Origin: an uncultured bacterium
Lineage (GTDB): Bacteria > Acidobacteriota > Thermoanaerobaculia > Multivoradales > JAHZIX01
Direction of reading: 5' to 3'
DNA: 64,000 nt
NCBI GenBank assembly: GCA_965368975.1
Contig: CBDUPA010000001.1
Location: 672,001-736,000 of the forward strand
Positions within the stretch are counted from its first letter, which is position 1, and each line of letters opens with the position of its first letter. The notes under the pieces were generated by a model that saw only the letters and a program-made list of their open reading frames with translations, ran no database searches and was not told the origin of the DNA. Below, piece after piece: positions 51,465 to 62,383 of the stretch. Both the position numbers and the translations under genes were made by a program.

Positions 51465-51932
51465 TCAGTGCTCGTGGTCGAGATACGAAGCCTTGAATTC
51501 ACCGATCAGCTTGCGCAACATCTCGACATTCTCAAGATCGGTGGTCTGCTTGGACTTCATGGCGTAGACCATGATCTGGTGCAACAAGGTGAGGTGACGG
51601 ACGTACTTGGCTTCGGCCTTCTCGTCTCCGGCCGGCGCTGGCTTGATGCGCTGCGCCAGGAAGTAGTCGGTTACCGTGTCGGTCAGGTTGTCCGCATGGA
51701 CTTCCTTGTTGTTGACCCAACGAACCAGTTGGTTCCACGTTGGTTTTTCTTGTGCACCAATTCTCGTGACCTGCTTCATCGATTTTTCGATGGTGTCGAC
51801 GTCTTCCAGCATCTGGGTGAAGCGGGTCTCGTCGCCGTAGATTCCGCACGGAATCTGGCAGTGGCCGAAGGCTGGCAGGGCTGGAGTGAGGAGCAGAGCG
51901 AGTAGCAGCAGAGCCGAAAGCAAGTGTCGCAT
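51465..51932 (-). CDS. sodN: Nickel superoxide dismutase with signal peptide
   Basis: Ni-hook HCQIPCGIY directly after a hydrophobic signal ending AFG; NQLVRWVNNKE. Confidence 0.9.
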   Translation of the reverse strand: MRHLLSALLLLALLLTPALPAFGHCQIPCGIYGDETRFTQMLEDVDTIEKSMKQVTRIGAQEKPTWNQLVRWVNNKEVHADNLTDTVTDYFLAQRIKPAPAGDEKAEAKYVRHLTLLHQIMVYAMKSKQTTDLENVEMLRKLIGEFKASYLDHEH

Positions 51933-52099
51933 GAGAGCGTCTCCTTGTCGTGGTAGAACGTGGTTACTGAGAGACTTCCTCGAAGTAGCACGATGATACC
52001 GGGTGCTTGCACTCAGTCAAGAGTTCCAGTCGAACCCTTAGAGGTTGACCCGTCGAGGTGATCAACACACACATCACGCCGCCAATCGGAGGTATCCCG

Positions 52100-52786
52100 A
52101 TGAAGTTCCGCCCCGAAACCGATTTTCTGAGGGCCATCCGCCTCGCCGTACTCGTCCTGACTGTCACCTGTCTCACGGCCAGTTGTGCCCAGGCCCAGCG
52201 CCAGAGCGTTGCTATCGTTCTCTATCCTGGCGTCGAGCTGCTCGACTTCGCCGGCCCGGGTGAGGTGTTCTCAGCCGCTGGCTTCCGGGTGTTCACCGTT
52301 GCCGTGTCCGACCAGCCGCTGGTCAGCCAGGGCTTCGTGCGCATCATGCCGCAGTTCGCTATGGCCGACAGTCCACAGCCCGACATCACCGTCATTCCCG
52401 GCGGGGATGTCGGTGCGCTGCTCGACAGTCCAGAGGCCATGGCCTGGCTCGACAAGGCGGCCAAGGACGGTCAGCACGTGCTGTCGGTATGCAACGGCGC
52501 CCTGGTGCTTGCCAAGCTGGGCTTGCTCGACGGCCTCGAAGCCACCACGCATCACGGCTCCTTCAGTTCGCTGCGCAGCATGGCGCCCAACACGACGGTA
52601 CACGAGGATCGACGCTTCGTTGACAACGGCAAGATCATCACCTCGGCCGGCGTCTCCGCGGGGATCGATGGTTCTCTGCACTTGGTGTCCCGCCTGCTGG
52701 GGGAGGGCGCGGCACGACGCACGGCACGCTACATGGAGTACGACTGGCGTCCGGAGGAGTTCGCTGTAGCGGGAGCTTCCGACTAG
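52100..52786 (+). CDS. DJ-1/PfpI family protein
   Basis: GVELLDFAGPGEVF, IPGG, SVCNGA, ATTH, TSAGVSAGID. Confidence 0.9.
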   Translation: MKFRPETDFLRAIRLAVLVLTVTCLTASCAQAQRQSVAIVLYPGVELLDFAGPGEVFSAAGFRVFTVAVSDQPLVSQGFVRIMPQFAMADSPQPDITVIPGGDVGALLDSPEAMAWLDKAAKDGQHVLSVCNGALVLAKLGLLDGLEATTHHGSFSSLRSMAPNTTVHEDRRFVDNGKIITSAGVSAGIDGSLHLVSRLLGEGAARRTARYMEYDWRPEEFAVAGASD

Positions 52787-53102
52787 GAGATGACGCGGTG
52801 CAAGCTGAGTTCCCGAATCTTCATCCCTGGTCTCGATATCGACCTCTACCCGAAGAACAGTGGCGGTTCTGGCCTTGCTGGCCAGTCCCTTGTAGTTTGG
52901 CTGCGCTGATCAGGCACCGCGCGGCCGCGCCTTGATCCCCGGTCTCGACGGTCTCGATCTGCAGATAATCGAGCTACTGATCCCCGAAGCTCGGTTATCC
53001 CACGTCGCCGAGTTGCTACAGGCGCGCGTGGCTGGCTTGACTAAGAGCCCGGGGTAGGTTCTCAGGGCACCAACACCGACGAGCTTGAACTCCTGGCTCT
53101 TA

Positions 53103-54827
53103 CTAGATCTCGGCCCGAGCGACCCTATGACGTACTTCCCTTACCAGAATCTCGTCTCGGCTGACTCGGAAGGCATCGTAGTCATCATCCAGCATTGCCT
53201 GTTGAGCAGCTTCGCCGATGAAGTGGCTTGACAGTATCTGCCGGCAGCGATCTTTTGGCATTAGGTCTACGACATACTGACTTGGCCGTTTCCTGCTGAT
53301 CGCTCTGTTTGTTCTGGCGGTGATCAAGGTTCTGTTGACGATCGTGTTGAGTTCTTTAGATGCTGAGATAGATTGATCTTCACGGAGATGTGCCTTGGGG
53401 AAGATGTGGTGATCTTCGAGTTCGTGAAACTCGACGGTGTCTCCGTTTGAGAAATCACGTGCGCCCCGGAGCGCAACGAGGTTCATTATTCCCTTGTAAG
53501 GACTGCTAGTGCGGTCTCGATAGAGGAAAGAGAAGGACTGATTCTGGAGAATTCTCTGTTGAATCTCCCTGAACGCAGTTGGTACGAAGGTCGGGTCAGT
53601 GAACCGCCGTAGCAAGTCTATGCTGTCTCTATATGTGACGGTCTCGACGGACCCTGTGTACCGCTCGCCGAAGACACTTCCCCAATACCAAGCTTGTAGG
53701 TCTTCATAGGCGCCAGCGTCTCCATCTTCTCTCTCCAGCCAGTCCAAGGCCACGGCTAGGACTGGCAAGAGGGTGGTGTAGGGCTGCCACTTCTGATCGA
53801 AGACTCCGAAGCCTCCTTCCTGCGTGCTTGTCAGTCTCTGCAGAGCCTTTTCGAGAGAGCGCACAGCCCTCCGCCAGTCATCCTCGAAATTCTCTGGTCG
53901 CAGGTTGATGAGAGTCTTAGTTCTGACTTCCAGTCTGCGCAGGAGACCGATGGTTCTCAGTACAAAAACCCCATACTGATCGGGTTTACCTCCAGAGAAA
54001 TCGGCCAAGCGCGCATGATCTTCCATTGCCTCCTGCCAGAGAGAGTGCATGTCGATGTTGAACCGATAAAGCCGGGCTGTTAGCAGGTCGTAGACACCGA
54101 GTCGTACTCCTGTGCTGTTGAGCTTCTCGAAAATGACACAGACTTCTGCAATCGAGTCTTCGCGATTCTCATCAATCTTCGGAAGTTCAATGAAAGGAAT
54201 GTTCGAACCCAGTAGGTTCTCTTCAACTGCGACTCTCCATAATGGGCGGAGCACCTTTCGATAGTGCTCCCGCTCCTCTGACTGTCGCGTGTCCTCCAGC
54301 CAATCGGTATATGCGTCTTTCCAGGCGTGCCACTGGCTAACTTGCGTAAGCGGGAGAATTCGCTGCTGGAACTGAGTATTCCTGTCGGAAAGTAAACCAA
54401 TCTGATCGGCTCGGACGCTCTCGATTAACCGCTCGTCTTCATCGTTGACCAGCGAGTCGAGGTTCAGGAAGAAGCGATATGGATAGGAAGTATTCTTGAC
54501 CGGTATAGCAGGGCCATGTAAAGCATAGAAGAGGCTCGTCAATCTTTGCTGTCCATCTAGAATCAACCATTCGGGCCTCAGCTGGTCGGGATGGAGTTCG
54601 ACTCCCTGCAGCGCCCGGAAGCAAAACGGTGCATGGTCTGGATGGACACGGAGTAGTAAGAAGCTACCGATGAAATAGCCTCTGAAGAGGCTACGCAGTA
54701 GATCTGCTATGTCCTCCCGGCCCCAAACAAAATTACGCTGGAACTGCGGCAGCGCGATCTGTCCTTTGGATGCGTCTTCGACCAGTGCGATAAGTGCTTT
54801 CTTATCTGTAATGAGTTCCATTTCCAT
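53103..54827 (-). CDS. GmrSD-like (DUF262 + HNH) modification-dependent restriction endonuclease
   Basis: LPQFQRNFVW, LDGQQRLT, FEKLNSTG, C-terminal EDHHIFPK..N..N; visibly lower GC than flanks. Confidence 0.85.
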   Translation of the reverse strand: MEMELITDKKALIALVEDASKGQIALPQFQRNFVWGREDIADLLRSLFRGYFIGSFLLLRVHPDHAPFCFRALQGVELHPDQLRPEWLILDGQQRLTSLFYALHGPAIPVKNTSYPYRFFLNLDSLVNDEDERLIESVRADQIGLLSDRNTQFQQRILPLTQVSQWHAWKDAYTDWLEDTRQSEEREHYRKVLRPLWRVAVEENLLGSNIPFIELPKIDENREDSIAEVCVIFEKLNSTGVRLGVYDLLTARLYRFNIDMHSLWQEAMEDHARLADFSGGKPDQYGVFVLRTIGLLRRLEVRTKTLINLRPENFEDDWRRAVRSLEKALQRLTSTQEGGFGVFDQKWQPYTTLLPVLAVALDWLEREDGDAGAYEDLQAWYWGSVFGERYTGSVETVTYRDSIDLLRRFTDPTFVPTAFREIQQRILQNQSFSFLYRDRTSSPYKGIMNLVALRGARDFSNGDTVEFHELEDHHIFPKAHLREDQSISASKELNTIVNRTLITARTNRAISRKRPSQYVVDLMPKDRCRQILSSHFIGEAAQQAMLDDDYDAFRVSRDEILVREVRHRVARAEI

Positions 54828-54935
54828 GTAACATTTCTCCGCGCGAAAAATTCGGCAATCCAAGATTTCGTGGATGGGTTAATCCGGCGAGCTTTCGATT
54901 AGTAGATAGGCCCTTTGGATGCTCTGTCAACCGCT

Positions 54936-55187
54936 TTAGGCGGCAGAGCTTTGCCGGTGCTTCGAGAAGCCCCAGAGGCTGATCAGCACCCAGGCACTCT
55001 CGATGATGAACGCGGGCCAGTTGAAGTCGAAGTAGAGCGAAACGAGGATCAAGCCTGCACCGAGCGCGTTGCCGAGCGAAAAGACCGGGCTCCGGGTTGA
55101 TAGGCGGTCGGCGTGGGCCGCCCAGTAGAGGCCCAAGACGATAGCGACGCCGAGCATGCCGACGGCGTCTGGGAGGGTGAAGGTCAC
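54936..55187 (-). CDS. Small membrane protein (CBU_0592-like)
   Basis: Three TMs; NALGAGLILVSL..FN..FIIESAW..ISL.G. Confidence 0.7.
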   Translation of the reverse strand: MTFTLPDAVGMLGVAIVLGLYWAAHADRLSTRSPVFSLGNALGAGLILVSLYFDFNWPAFIIESAWVLISLWGFSKHRQSSAA

Positions 55188-55196
55188 GCTGTTACG

Positions 55197-55754
55197 TCAC
55201 ATCGACGCGTCGCGCACGATCTTCCAGCCGTCGGCGCGGCGCTCGAAGACCAGCAAGGTCAGACCGCTGGCGGTTTCCTTGTCGGCCTGCTCGGGATAGC
55301 TCAGCGTCCAGGTGGCCACGAGCGACGCCGCCGCCGGTGGGCTACAGCCACCGGCGCCGTGGATGTCGAGCTGGATCGGCTCCAGGGTCAGAATGCCTTG
55401 CGCCGCACGGTCCGGGTAGCGACGCTGGTACCGTTCCAGTACCTGCTGGCGTCCGCGTGTCAGTCCGGACGGCGAGACGAACATCGTGTTCTCGGTGTAG
55501 TCGGCGCAGAAGGTCTCGAGATCGCCTCGGTTCCACGCCGCCATCTGGCGCTCCAGCACAGCGAGAATCTCCTCCTGCGCCTGCTCGCGTTGCTGGCTCG
55601 CCAGCACGTCGCTGCGTGCTGCTAGCGCCCCCTCGGGCAGGGGGCTGTCGCCGCGTCCGGGCTCTCCCTGGTCGGTCTGGGTGTCGGTCAGGGCATGGCC
55701 CTGTGGCGCTGCCAGGGGCAGCAGGATCAGTAGCAAAAACAGCGCTTGTCGCAT
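55197..55754 (-). CDS. Secreted NTF2-like/DUF4440 protein
   Basis: QMAAWNRGDLETF, VLERYQRRY, GWKIVRDAS; signal peptide. Confidence 0.8.
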   Translation of the reverse strand: MRQALFLLLILLPLAAPQGHALTDTQTDQGEPGRGDSPLPEGALAARSDVLASQQREQAQEEILAVLERQMAAWNRGDLETFCADYTENTMFVSPSGLTRGRQQVLERYQRRYPDRAAQGILTLEPIQLDIHGAGGCSPPAAASLVATWTLSYPEQADKETASGLTLLVFERRADGWKIVRDASM

Positions 55755-55993
55755 GGCAGGTTCCTCCTCGGGCTGGGATGGCGAGCGTGATTGTGCCACA
55801 TCCCTGGGGGCTCGACGCACACGGTGGTCTCTCTGCTCGTCGCCGTGGAGTTCTGCTCCCAGCCTGCCGGGCGACTTGCAATTCAAGGCTCGGCCGCCGT
55901 AAAGTCAGCGTTCGGCTAGGCATACGGGCCCGGCTCCCGCCTCCGTTTTCCAGCTGACCCGAGATAACCCCTTGAACCTCCGGAGCAACGACG

Positions 55994-56557
55994 ATGAACG
56001 AGCGTTTCAATGCCAAGCTGATCAGTGGTGGACACAAAGGGACCGAAGCTGAGTTCGGCAAGAACGCCGAGCTGTGGCATATCCCCGAGGTCACCCTCTC
56101 CTATGAAGGCCACGTCATGGAACGTCCGGTCAATGTCGAGGTCCTGAGCGACGACGACCTGCGCGAGGGGCACGTCAGCATGGAGATCGTCTTCAAGCGC
56201 TTGGGGCGCCGCTTCGCGCACCGGCAGCAGATCCGGCGTGTCATCCAGTCGATGTTTCACGTTGTGACCCGCGGCCACCACCTGTTCGCGGTCGGCTGGA
56301 TCCAGCCCGATGGCACCGTCAAGGGGGGTACCGGCTGGGGCGTCGAGCTGGCCAAGTTCTTCAACCGTCCGCTCAGCGTCTTCGACCAGGGCAAGGAGCG
56401 TTGGTTCAATTGGAGTGGCAAGGACTGGCAGGAAGCCGACGCGATGCTTCCCGACAAGCCCTTCTCGGCCACCGGTACCCGCAACCTCACCGAAGCCGGC
56501 CGCACCGCCGTCCGCGAGCTCTTCGAGCGCAGCTACGGAGCACCGTCAGAGGGCTGA
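55994..56557 (+). CDS. Conserved hypothetical protein, SLOG-like Gly-rich motifs
   Basis: ISGGHKGTE, VKGGTGWGVELAK, PLSVFDQ, ATGTRNL. Confidence 0.55.
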   Translation: MNERFNAKLISGGHKGTEAEFGKNAELWHIPEVTLSYEGHVMERPVNVEVLSDDDLREGHVSMEIVFKRLGRRFAHRQQIRRVIQSMFHVVTRGHHLFAVGWIQPDGTVKGGTGWGVELAKFFNRPLSVFDQGKERWFNWSGKDWQEADAMLPDKPFSATGTRNLTEAGRTAVRELFERSYGAPSEG

Positions 56558-56680
56558 GAGAAGACGCGTCAAGCAGGGACGCTTGAAACATCCTGCGGTG
56601 CTCTGACGTCTTCTAGTTCAAGACACGCCCCCGAGGCTGAACCGAACTTCTAGACGCCAACTCCACCGCGAGGTGATCCC

Positions 56681-59137
56681 ATGTTTCCCGACTTCCGTCA
56701 GGCCTTCCGCAAGCTCCGCCGCTCGCCCTTCTTCACTAGCATTGCCGTCCTGACCCTGGCCCTCGGCATTGGCGCCAACGCGGCGGTATTCAGTGTCGTC
56801 TACGGCGTGCTCCTCAAGCCGCTGCCCTTCGACGAGCCCGAGCGCCTGGTTGGCATTTGGTACGAGGCGCCTGGCTTGGGCTTCGAGCAGGTGAACCAGT
56901 CGCCGGCAACGTACTTCACGCACCGGGACGATACCGAGATGCTGGAAGATCTCGGCTTGTGGGACAACAGCCAGGTTTCGGTCACTGGGCTCGAGAAGCC
57001 GATGGAGATCGAGGCGATGTTGGTGACGGACGGCACGCTGCCGATCTTGCGCGTGCGACCGGAGCTCGGGCGCTTGTTCAGTGCCGAAGACGATCTGCCG
57101 GACGCGCCCGAGACGGTGATGCTGAGCCACGGCTTTTGGAAACAGCAGTTCGGTGGTGACGCGTCGGTGGTGGGGCAGACGCTGCGGATCGACGGCCGTC
57201 CGCGCGAGATCATCGGGGTGTTGCCCGCGGGATTCCGGGTCATCGACTTCGACGCGGCGGTGTATCTACCGATGGGTTTCGAGAAAGCACAGGCGCGCAT
57301 GGGCAACTTCAGCTACCAGGGACTTGGGCGGCTGGTGCCAGGAGCGACGCTGGCACAGCTCGAAGCCGAGATGAACCGCTTGATCCCGGTGATGACGGAT
57401 CGCTATCCGGGCGGCATCACGCTGAGCATGCTGCAGGAGGCGCGCTTCGCGGCCTACCCGCGCTCGCTCAAGCAGGATGTGGTCGGCGATGTCGGGTCGG
57501 CGCTGTGGGTCCTGCTCGGCACGGTCGGATTGGTGTTGCTGATCGCCTGCGCCAACGTCGCCAACCTTTTCTTGGTGCGCGCTGATGGCCGACAGCTAGA
57601 AGTAGCGGTACGCACGGCGATGGGTGCCAGCCGAATGTCGGTGGTGCGCTCGTTCCTGGCCGAGAGCGTGCTGTTGGGCCTTCTCGGTGGTATTGCCGGT
57701 CTGGCGCTGGCCTTTGCCGGACTGCGCTTGCTGGTGGCTCTCGGACCGCGCAGCTTGCCGCGACTGCAGGAGATCTCGATCGACCCGACCGTGATCTTGT
57801 TCACGGCTGGTGTCTCGCTGCTGGCGGGTGTCCTCTTTGGCTTGGTCCCGGGGCTGCGTAGCAGTGCTCTGGGCGGGCTCGCAGTGACTCTCAAAGAGGG
57901 AGGATATCGCGGCTCGGAGGGTCGCCAGCGGCGCCGCGCCCGTCACGTGCTGGTGGTCAGCCAGGTGGCGTTGGCTCTGGTGTTGCTGGTCGGCTCCGGC
58001 CTCATGATCCGCAGCTTCCAAGCGCTGCAGCAGGTCGACCCCGGCTTCCGCGACCCGGCCGACGTGCTGACGCTGCGCGTGTCGCTGCCACGTGCCGAGG
58101 TCGAGACGGTGGAGCAGGTGATCCAGACCTTCCAACAGATGTACCAGAACCTGGCAGCGATTCCCGGCGTCAGCGCGCTGGGAATGAGTAGCTCGATCAC
58201 CATGGACGGTTGGGACAACAACGACGCGCTGTACGTGGAGGACGCGCCGACACCCGAGGGACAGTTACCGCCGATCCGGCGCGACAAGCGGGTAGCGGGC
58301 GACTACGTGGCGACCATGGGCAACCGCCTGTTGGCCGGGCGGGCGATCGACTGGAACGACTCGCTCCGGCGCAACAAGGTCGTGATGCTCACTGAGGATC
58401 TGGCCACCACCTACTGGGACTCTCCCGCCGAGGCGATCGGCAAGCGGGTGAGTAATGACTCCAGCGGTGACTGGTACGAGGTCGTCGGCGTGGTGGGTGA
58501 TATCCGCGACAACGGTGTGTCTCAGCCAACGGTGCCCACGGTCTACTGGCCGATGGTGGTGGTGGATCCGCGGGACGGCGAGGTCAACGCGCGACGCGCG
58601 ATGGCCTTCGCGCTGCGCCACCAGCGTCCCGACGAAGCGGGCCTGGTACGCGACGTCCAGGACGTCGTGTGGTCGATCAATCCCAATCTGCCGCTGGCCA
58701 ACCTACAGGGGCTCGACGAGATTCTGGGGCGCTCGATGGCACGCACCTCGTTCGTCCTTGTGATGCTGGCGATCGCCGCGGTGGTGGCATTGCTGCTCGG
58801 CAGCGTCGGCATCTATGGTGTCACTTCGTACTCGGTGACACAGCGTACCCGCGAGATCGGCGTCCGGTTGGCGTTGGGCGCGGGGCGCGGCGACGTCAGC
58901 GGCATGGTTCTGCGCCAAGCCGCGACATTGGCGGCGATCGGTGTCGGCGTGGGGCTGGCAGCTGCGTTCGGGCTGACGCGGCTGATGACGTCTCTGTTGC
59001 ACGGCGTCGAAGCGGTCGATCCGCCGACCTACGTGGCCGTCGCGCTGGCGTTGGTTCTGTTCGCGCTGCTGGCCAGCTGGCTACCGGCGCGGCGAGCGGC
59101 GCGCACGGATCCTATGGTCGCCCTTCGCTGGGAGTAG
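56681..59137 (+). CDS. ABC permease, ADOP family
   Basis: [51 protein letters not shown]. Confidence 0.92.
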   Translation: MFPDFRQAFRKLRRSPFFTSIAVLTLALGIGANAAVFSVVYGVLLKPLPFDEPERLVGIWYEAPGLGFEQVNQSPATYFTHRDDTEMLEDLGLWDNSQVSVTGLEKPMEIEAMLVTDGTLPILRVRPELGRLFSAEDDLPDAPETVMLSHGFWKQQFGGDASVVGQTLRIDGRPREIIGVLPAGFRVIDFDAAVYLPMGFEKAQARMGNFSYQGLGRLVPGATLAQLEAEMNRLIPVMTDRYPGGITLSMLQEARFAAYPRSLKQDVVGDVGSALWVLLGTVGLVLLIACANVANLFLVRADGRQLEVAVRTAMGASRMSVVRSFLAESVLLGLLGGIAGLALAFAGLRLLVALGPRSLPRLQEISIDPTVILFTAGVSLLAGVLFGLVPGLRSSALGGLAVTLKEGGYRGSEGRQRRRARHVLVVSQVALALVLLVGSGLMIRSFQALQQVDPGFRDPADVLTLRVSLPRAEVETVEQVIQTFQQMYQNLAAIPGVSALGMSSSITMDGWDNNDALYVEDAPTPEGQLPPIRRDKRVAGDYVATMGNRLLAGRAIDWNDSLRRNKVVMLTEDLATTYWDSPAEAIGKRVSNDSSGDWYEVVGVVGDIRDNGVSQPTVPTVYWPMVVVDPRDGEVNARRAMAFALRHQRPDEAGLVRDVQDVVWSINPNLPLANLQGLDEILGRSMARTSFVLVMLAIAAVVALLLGSVGIYGVTSYSVTQRTREIGVRLALGAGRGDVSGMVLRQAATLAAIGVGVGLAAAFGLTRLMTSLLHGVEAVDPPTYVAVALALVLFALLASWLPARRAARTDPMVALRWE

Positions 59138-61421
59138 GATCGCTGGGCCTCTGGGTGGTAGCTAGCAGTTCCTCGACTTCGAGAACGTCCTGGTCTTCGG
59201 GCGGCCGGTGCCGGACCAGGACGTTCCGACTCTCTTGTAAGAGGACGCGCGCGCCGTCGATGTCCCCTTGCTCCAGCAGCAGAGCGCCGAGATCCTTGCG
59301 CGCCAGCGCCGTGTCCAGGTGATCGTCGCCCAACTCCGCGCGGCGGATCTCTAGTGCATCAATGTAGTGACGCCCCGCGGCCTGGAGTTGACCCCGCAGG
59401 TGGTGCAGGCCTCCGAGGCTGCTGAGGACCGCTGCCGCCTTGCGGCTGCGTTCGCCATAGATGTCGCGACGGATCGCGAGGGCTTGCAGCAGCAGTGGCT
59501 CGGCGACGTCCAGCTTGCCCTGGTGGATGAGTACGGTGCCCAGGCTGCGCAGGCTGGTGGCGACGTTGGCGTCATGCTCGCCGAACTGTGCCAGACGCTG
59601 CGTCAGAACCTCGCGGTAGATCGTCTCGGCCTCGTCGAAAGCGCCGCGTTTGAGCAGGATAGCCGCCAGGTTGCTCCGTGGCTTGGCCAGATCCCGGGTC
59701 AGGCCCAGCCGCTGGCGCATGGAAATGGCCTCGCGGAAACGGAGCTCGGCCAGGTCGAGTCGGCCGGTCCAGTAGTCGAGGTAGGCCAGATTGTTGAGCG
59801 CCGAGGCCAGATCCGGCTGGTCGCGGTCGCTCAGGGCTCGGTACTGGGCCACGGAGCTTTCGAACAGCTCTCGGGCCTCGTCGTACGCGCCGAGTCGGGC
59901 GTAGACCTCGCCCAGGCGCAACTGCAGCTTGGCGCGGGCTTCCGGGTCTTCGAGCAACTGGCGTTCTAGCCGCAAGCGCCCCTTGTCGACCAGCTCGCGC
60001 ACCGTCGGTTCGCGCCCGTTCGGCTCCTCCGTGCCGGGGCGATCCGGGGAGGCGGCCTGGAACAAGCTGACCAGGAAGTCGGTGACGCCTTCGGCCCGCT
60101 GCCGCGCTCGTTCGGTGTTGTCCAGCTGACGATCGAGCGCCACGGTGAAGGCGCTGGCCAGCACCAGCGCCAACAGCAGGCCGGCAGCGGGAAGACGGTG
60201 GCGGCGCAGAAAGCGGCTGGCGACGTAGAGGGGGCCGCCGGCGCGCGCCTCGACCGGCCGTAGCCGCAGGTGGCGGCGAAGGTCCGCGGCCAGCTGCTCG
60301 ATCGTGGCGTAGCGTTGCGACGGGTTTTCCGCGAGCGCTTTCAGGACGATGGCGTCGACATCGCCTGCCAGGGCCCGGCGCAGACCACGCACGGAACCGC
60401 GGCGCGAATCCGCCACCACCTCCGGCCGCAGCTGGCGGGTGCTGGCGTCGGAGTAGGTGAAAGTGAGGTGCCGGCTGGTGGCTCGGCTGGGCGGCACGAT
60501 GGGTTGGATTCCTGGCTGCGCTGGAGGAGTGTCGACCGGTGTCGTCTCGCCATCGGCGAGGGCGGCATGGTGGGGCAGCCGGCCGGTGAGCAAAAGGTAG
60601 AGGATGACGCCCAAGGAGTAGATATCACTGGTTGTCCCGATGGGCTCGTGCCGCCGCTGCTCCGGACTGGCGTAGTGCAACGTCATGGCGCTTTGGTGCG
60701 GATCGCCAGTGGCATCCGTGGTGTCCGTGCGCAGCAACTTTGCGATGCCAAAGTCGAGCAGCTTGGGCGTTCCGTGCGCATCCACCAGGATGTTACTGGG
60801 CTTGAGGTCGCGATGCACGATCAGGTTCTGGTGCGCCAGTTGCAGCGCTGAGCACACGGGCAACAGCAGTTCCAGGCGCTGACGGACACTGAGCCGGTGC
60901 TGGTCGCAGTAGTGGTCCAGCCGCTCGCCTTCGACGTACTCCATGGCGAAGTAGGGCACACCGTCGGCGGTCGTTCCGCCGTCCAGCAGGCGCGCGATGT
61001 TGGGATGCTCGAGGCGGGCCAGGATCTGACGCTCGACGTGGAAGCGGCGCAGCAACGACTCGCTGGCGCCACCACGCTGGACGAGCTTGAGCGCTACTTG
61101 CTGTTCGAACTCTTCCTGGCGCTCGGCCAGGAAGACGATGCCCATGCCGCCGCGTCCCAGGTTCTTGACCAGCTGATACGGACCGACTCGCTGGCCGAGC
61201 TCGAAGTCTTCCAGTTCCGGAGTCGGACGCAAGCCCGCCAGGACCGGTTGCTCGATGAAGTCGTCGAGCTGATCCTCGTAGGCCAGGAAGGACTCGACCT
61301 CGCGCAGGAGATCCGGATCCCCACCACACAGGTCGGCCAGCCAGCTGCGGCGATCTGGGTACGCTGGATCCATGGTCTGCTCGAGGATCCTCTGAATGTG
61401 TTGCCAGCGCTCGGGGCTCAC
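59112..61421 (-). CDS. Ser/Thr protein kinase with C-terminal TPR repeats
   Basis: [27 protein letters not shown]; TM helix; kinesin-light-chain-like TPRs; GTG start with GGAG RBS. Confidence 0.92.
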   Translation of the reverse strand: MSPERWQHIQRILEQTMDPAYPDRRSWLADLCGGDPDLLREVESFLAYEDQLDDFIEQPVLAGLRPTPELEDFELGQRVGPYQLVKNLGRGGMGIVFLAERQEEFEQQVALKLVQRGGASESLLRRFHVERQILARLEHPNIARLLDGGTTADGVPYFAMEYVEGERLDHYCDQHRLSVRQRLELLLPVCSALQLAHQNLIVHRDLKPSNILVDAHGTPKLLDFGIAKLLRTDTTDATGDPHQSAMTLHYASPEQRRHEPIGTTSDIYSLGVILYLLLTGRLPHHAALADGETTPVDTPPAQPGIQPIVPPSRATSRHLTFTYSDASTRQLRPEVVADSRRGSVRGLRRALAGDVDAIVLKALAENPSQRYATIEQLAADLRRHLRLRPVEARAGGPLYVASRFLRRHRLPAAGLLLALVLASAFTVALDRQLDNTERARQRAEGVTDFLVSLFQAASPDRPGTEEPNGREPTVRELVDKGRLRLERQLLEDPEARAKLQLRLGEVYARLGAYDEARELFESSVAQYRALSDRDQPDLASALNNLAYLDYWTGRLDLAELRFREAISMRQRLGLTRDLAKPRSNLAAILLKRGAFDEAETIYREVLTQRLAQFGEHDANVATSLRSLGTVLIHQGKLDVAEPLLLQALAIRRDIYGERSRKAAAVLSSLGGLHHLRGQLQAAGRHYIDALEIRRAELGDDHLDTALARKDLGALLLEQGDIDGARVLLQESRNVLVRHRPPEDQDVLEVEELLATTQRPSDPTPSEGRP

Positions 61422-61503
61422 GGCTGCTCTCCTGATTCTCGTGGTTCTTCCAGAGAAGCGCAGAAGCGCCACCAACCAGACCACGTCGCCGCCCGCCCGA
61501 AGT

Positions 61504-62097
61504 TCACGGACCGTCCAGGGCGCGCAGCAACCACAGGCGGGCCGAGCGCCAGGCGCGCTTGACGGTCATCGCTGAGATGTCGAGTGTCGCCGCGGTTTCC
61601 TCGATGGTCAGGCCGCCGAAGTAGCGCAGCTCGACGATGCGAGCTTGCCGTGGATCGACCTTGGCCAGCCCTCGCAGTGCCGTGTCCAGGGCTACCAGGT
61701 CGATGTCGATTTGTCCCAAGGCCGACGTCCAGGCGCCGGACGTCGGCGAGTCGAGCTGTTCGTCGAAGGGTAGCGTCGGGACGCCGCCACCTTTCTTCAG
61801 TGCCTTGCGCCTACGTGCGTGATCCACCAACACCCTGCGCATGATCTCGGCCATGCCGGCGAAGAACTGGGCACGGCTTTCCCAGTGCACGGACTGGCGA
61901 CTGGCTACGCGTAGATAGACCTCGTTGACCAGCGCTGTCGGCTGCAGGGTGTGTCCCGGATTCTCTTTGGACAGATGGATACGCGCCAGCCGGCGCAGGT
62001 CATCGAAAACCAATGGGATCAGTCGCTCGAGGGCTTCCGGGTCGCCATCGCTCCAAGCGTCGAGAAGCGCCGTGACGTCCCACTGAGGTTCAGGCAT
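61504..62097 (-). CDS. ECF sigma factor (TIGR02999-like), partner of the downstream kinase
   Basis: VTALLDAWSDGD, HTLQPTALVNEVYLR, MRRVLVDHARRR, ELRYFGGLTIEETA. Confidence 0.93.
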   Translation of the reverse strand: MPEPQWDVTALLDAWSDGDPEALERLIPLVFDDLRRLARIHLSKENPGHTLQPTALVNEVYLRVASRQSVHWESRAQFFAGMAEIMRRVLVDHARRRKALKKGGGVPTLPFDEQLDSPTSGAWTSALGQIDIDLVALDTALRGLAKVDPRQARIVELRYFGGLTIEETAATLDISAMTVKRAWRSARLWLLRALDGP

Positions 62098-62237
62098 GCA
62101 GGGATTCTAGCCGATGCCCAACCCTTCGGTGAGTGCCTAACCGTCGGGTTAGTGGATTCGGTGATCTGTGCGGGACCCAGGACAGTCGCGGAAGGGTAAG
62201 TATTTCTTGGGCCGGGTTTTATGGGTTCTCCGAAGAG

Positions 62238-62254
62238 TTGGCACACGGTCTGCA
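62238..62254 (+). promoter_or_regulatory. Candidate sigma54 (-24/-12) promoter
   Basis: TTGGCACACGGTCTGCA keeps GG and GC at the TGGCAC-N5-TTGC spacing. Confidence 0.5.
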
Positions 62255-62383
62255 ATACCTCTCCAGTCAGACCACGAAGACCATCCACCGGTGGACCGGT
62301 CACCTTCATGTTCCCAGCAACGGCGAGTCCAGGACTCCCGTTCGCAGTGACAGCGAGCCCAAGGGCTCGCAAGGAGACCTGTC

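Noticed and set aside
52790-53050. Short ORFs each containing IPGLD next to the GmrSD-like gene
   Set aside because: No recognisable family or coherent frame; probably decayed sequence
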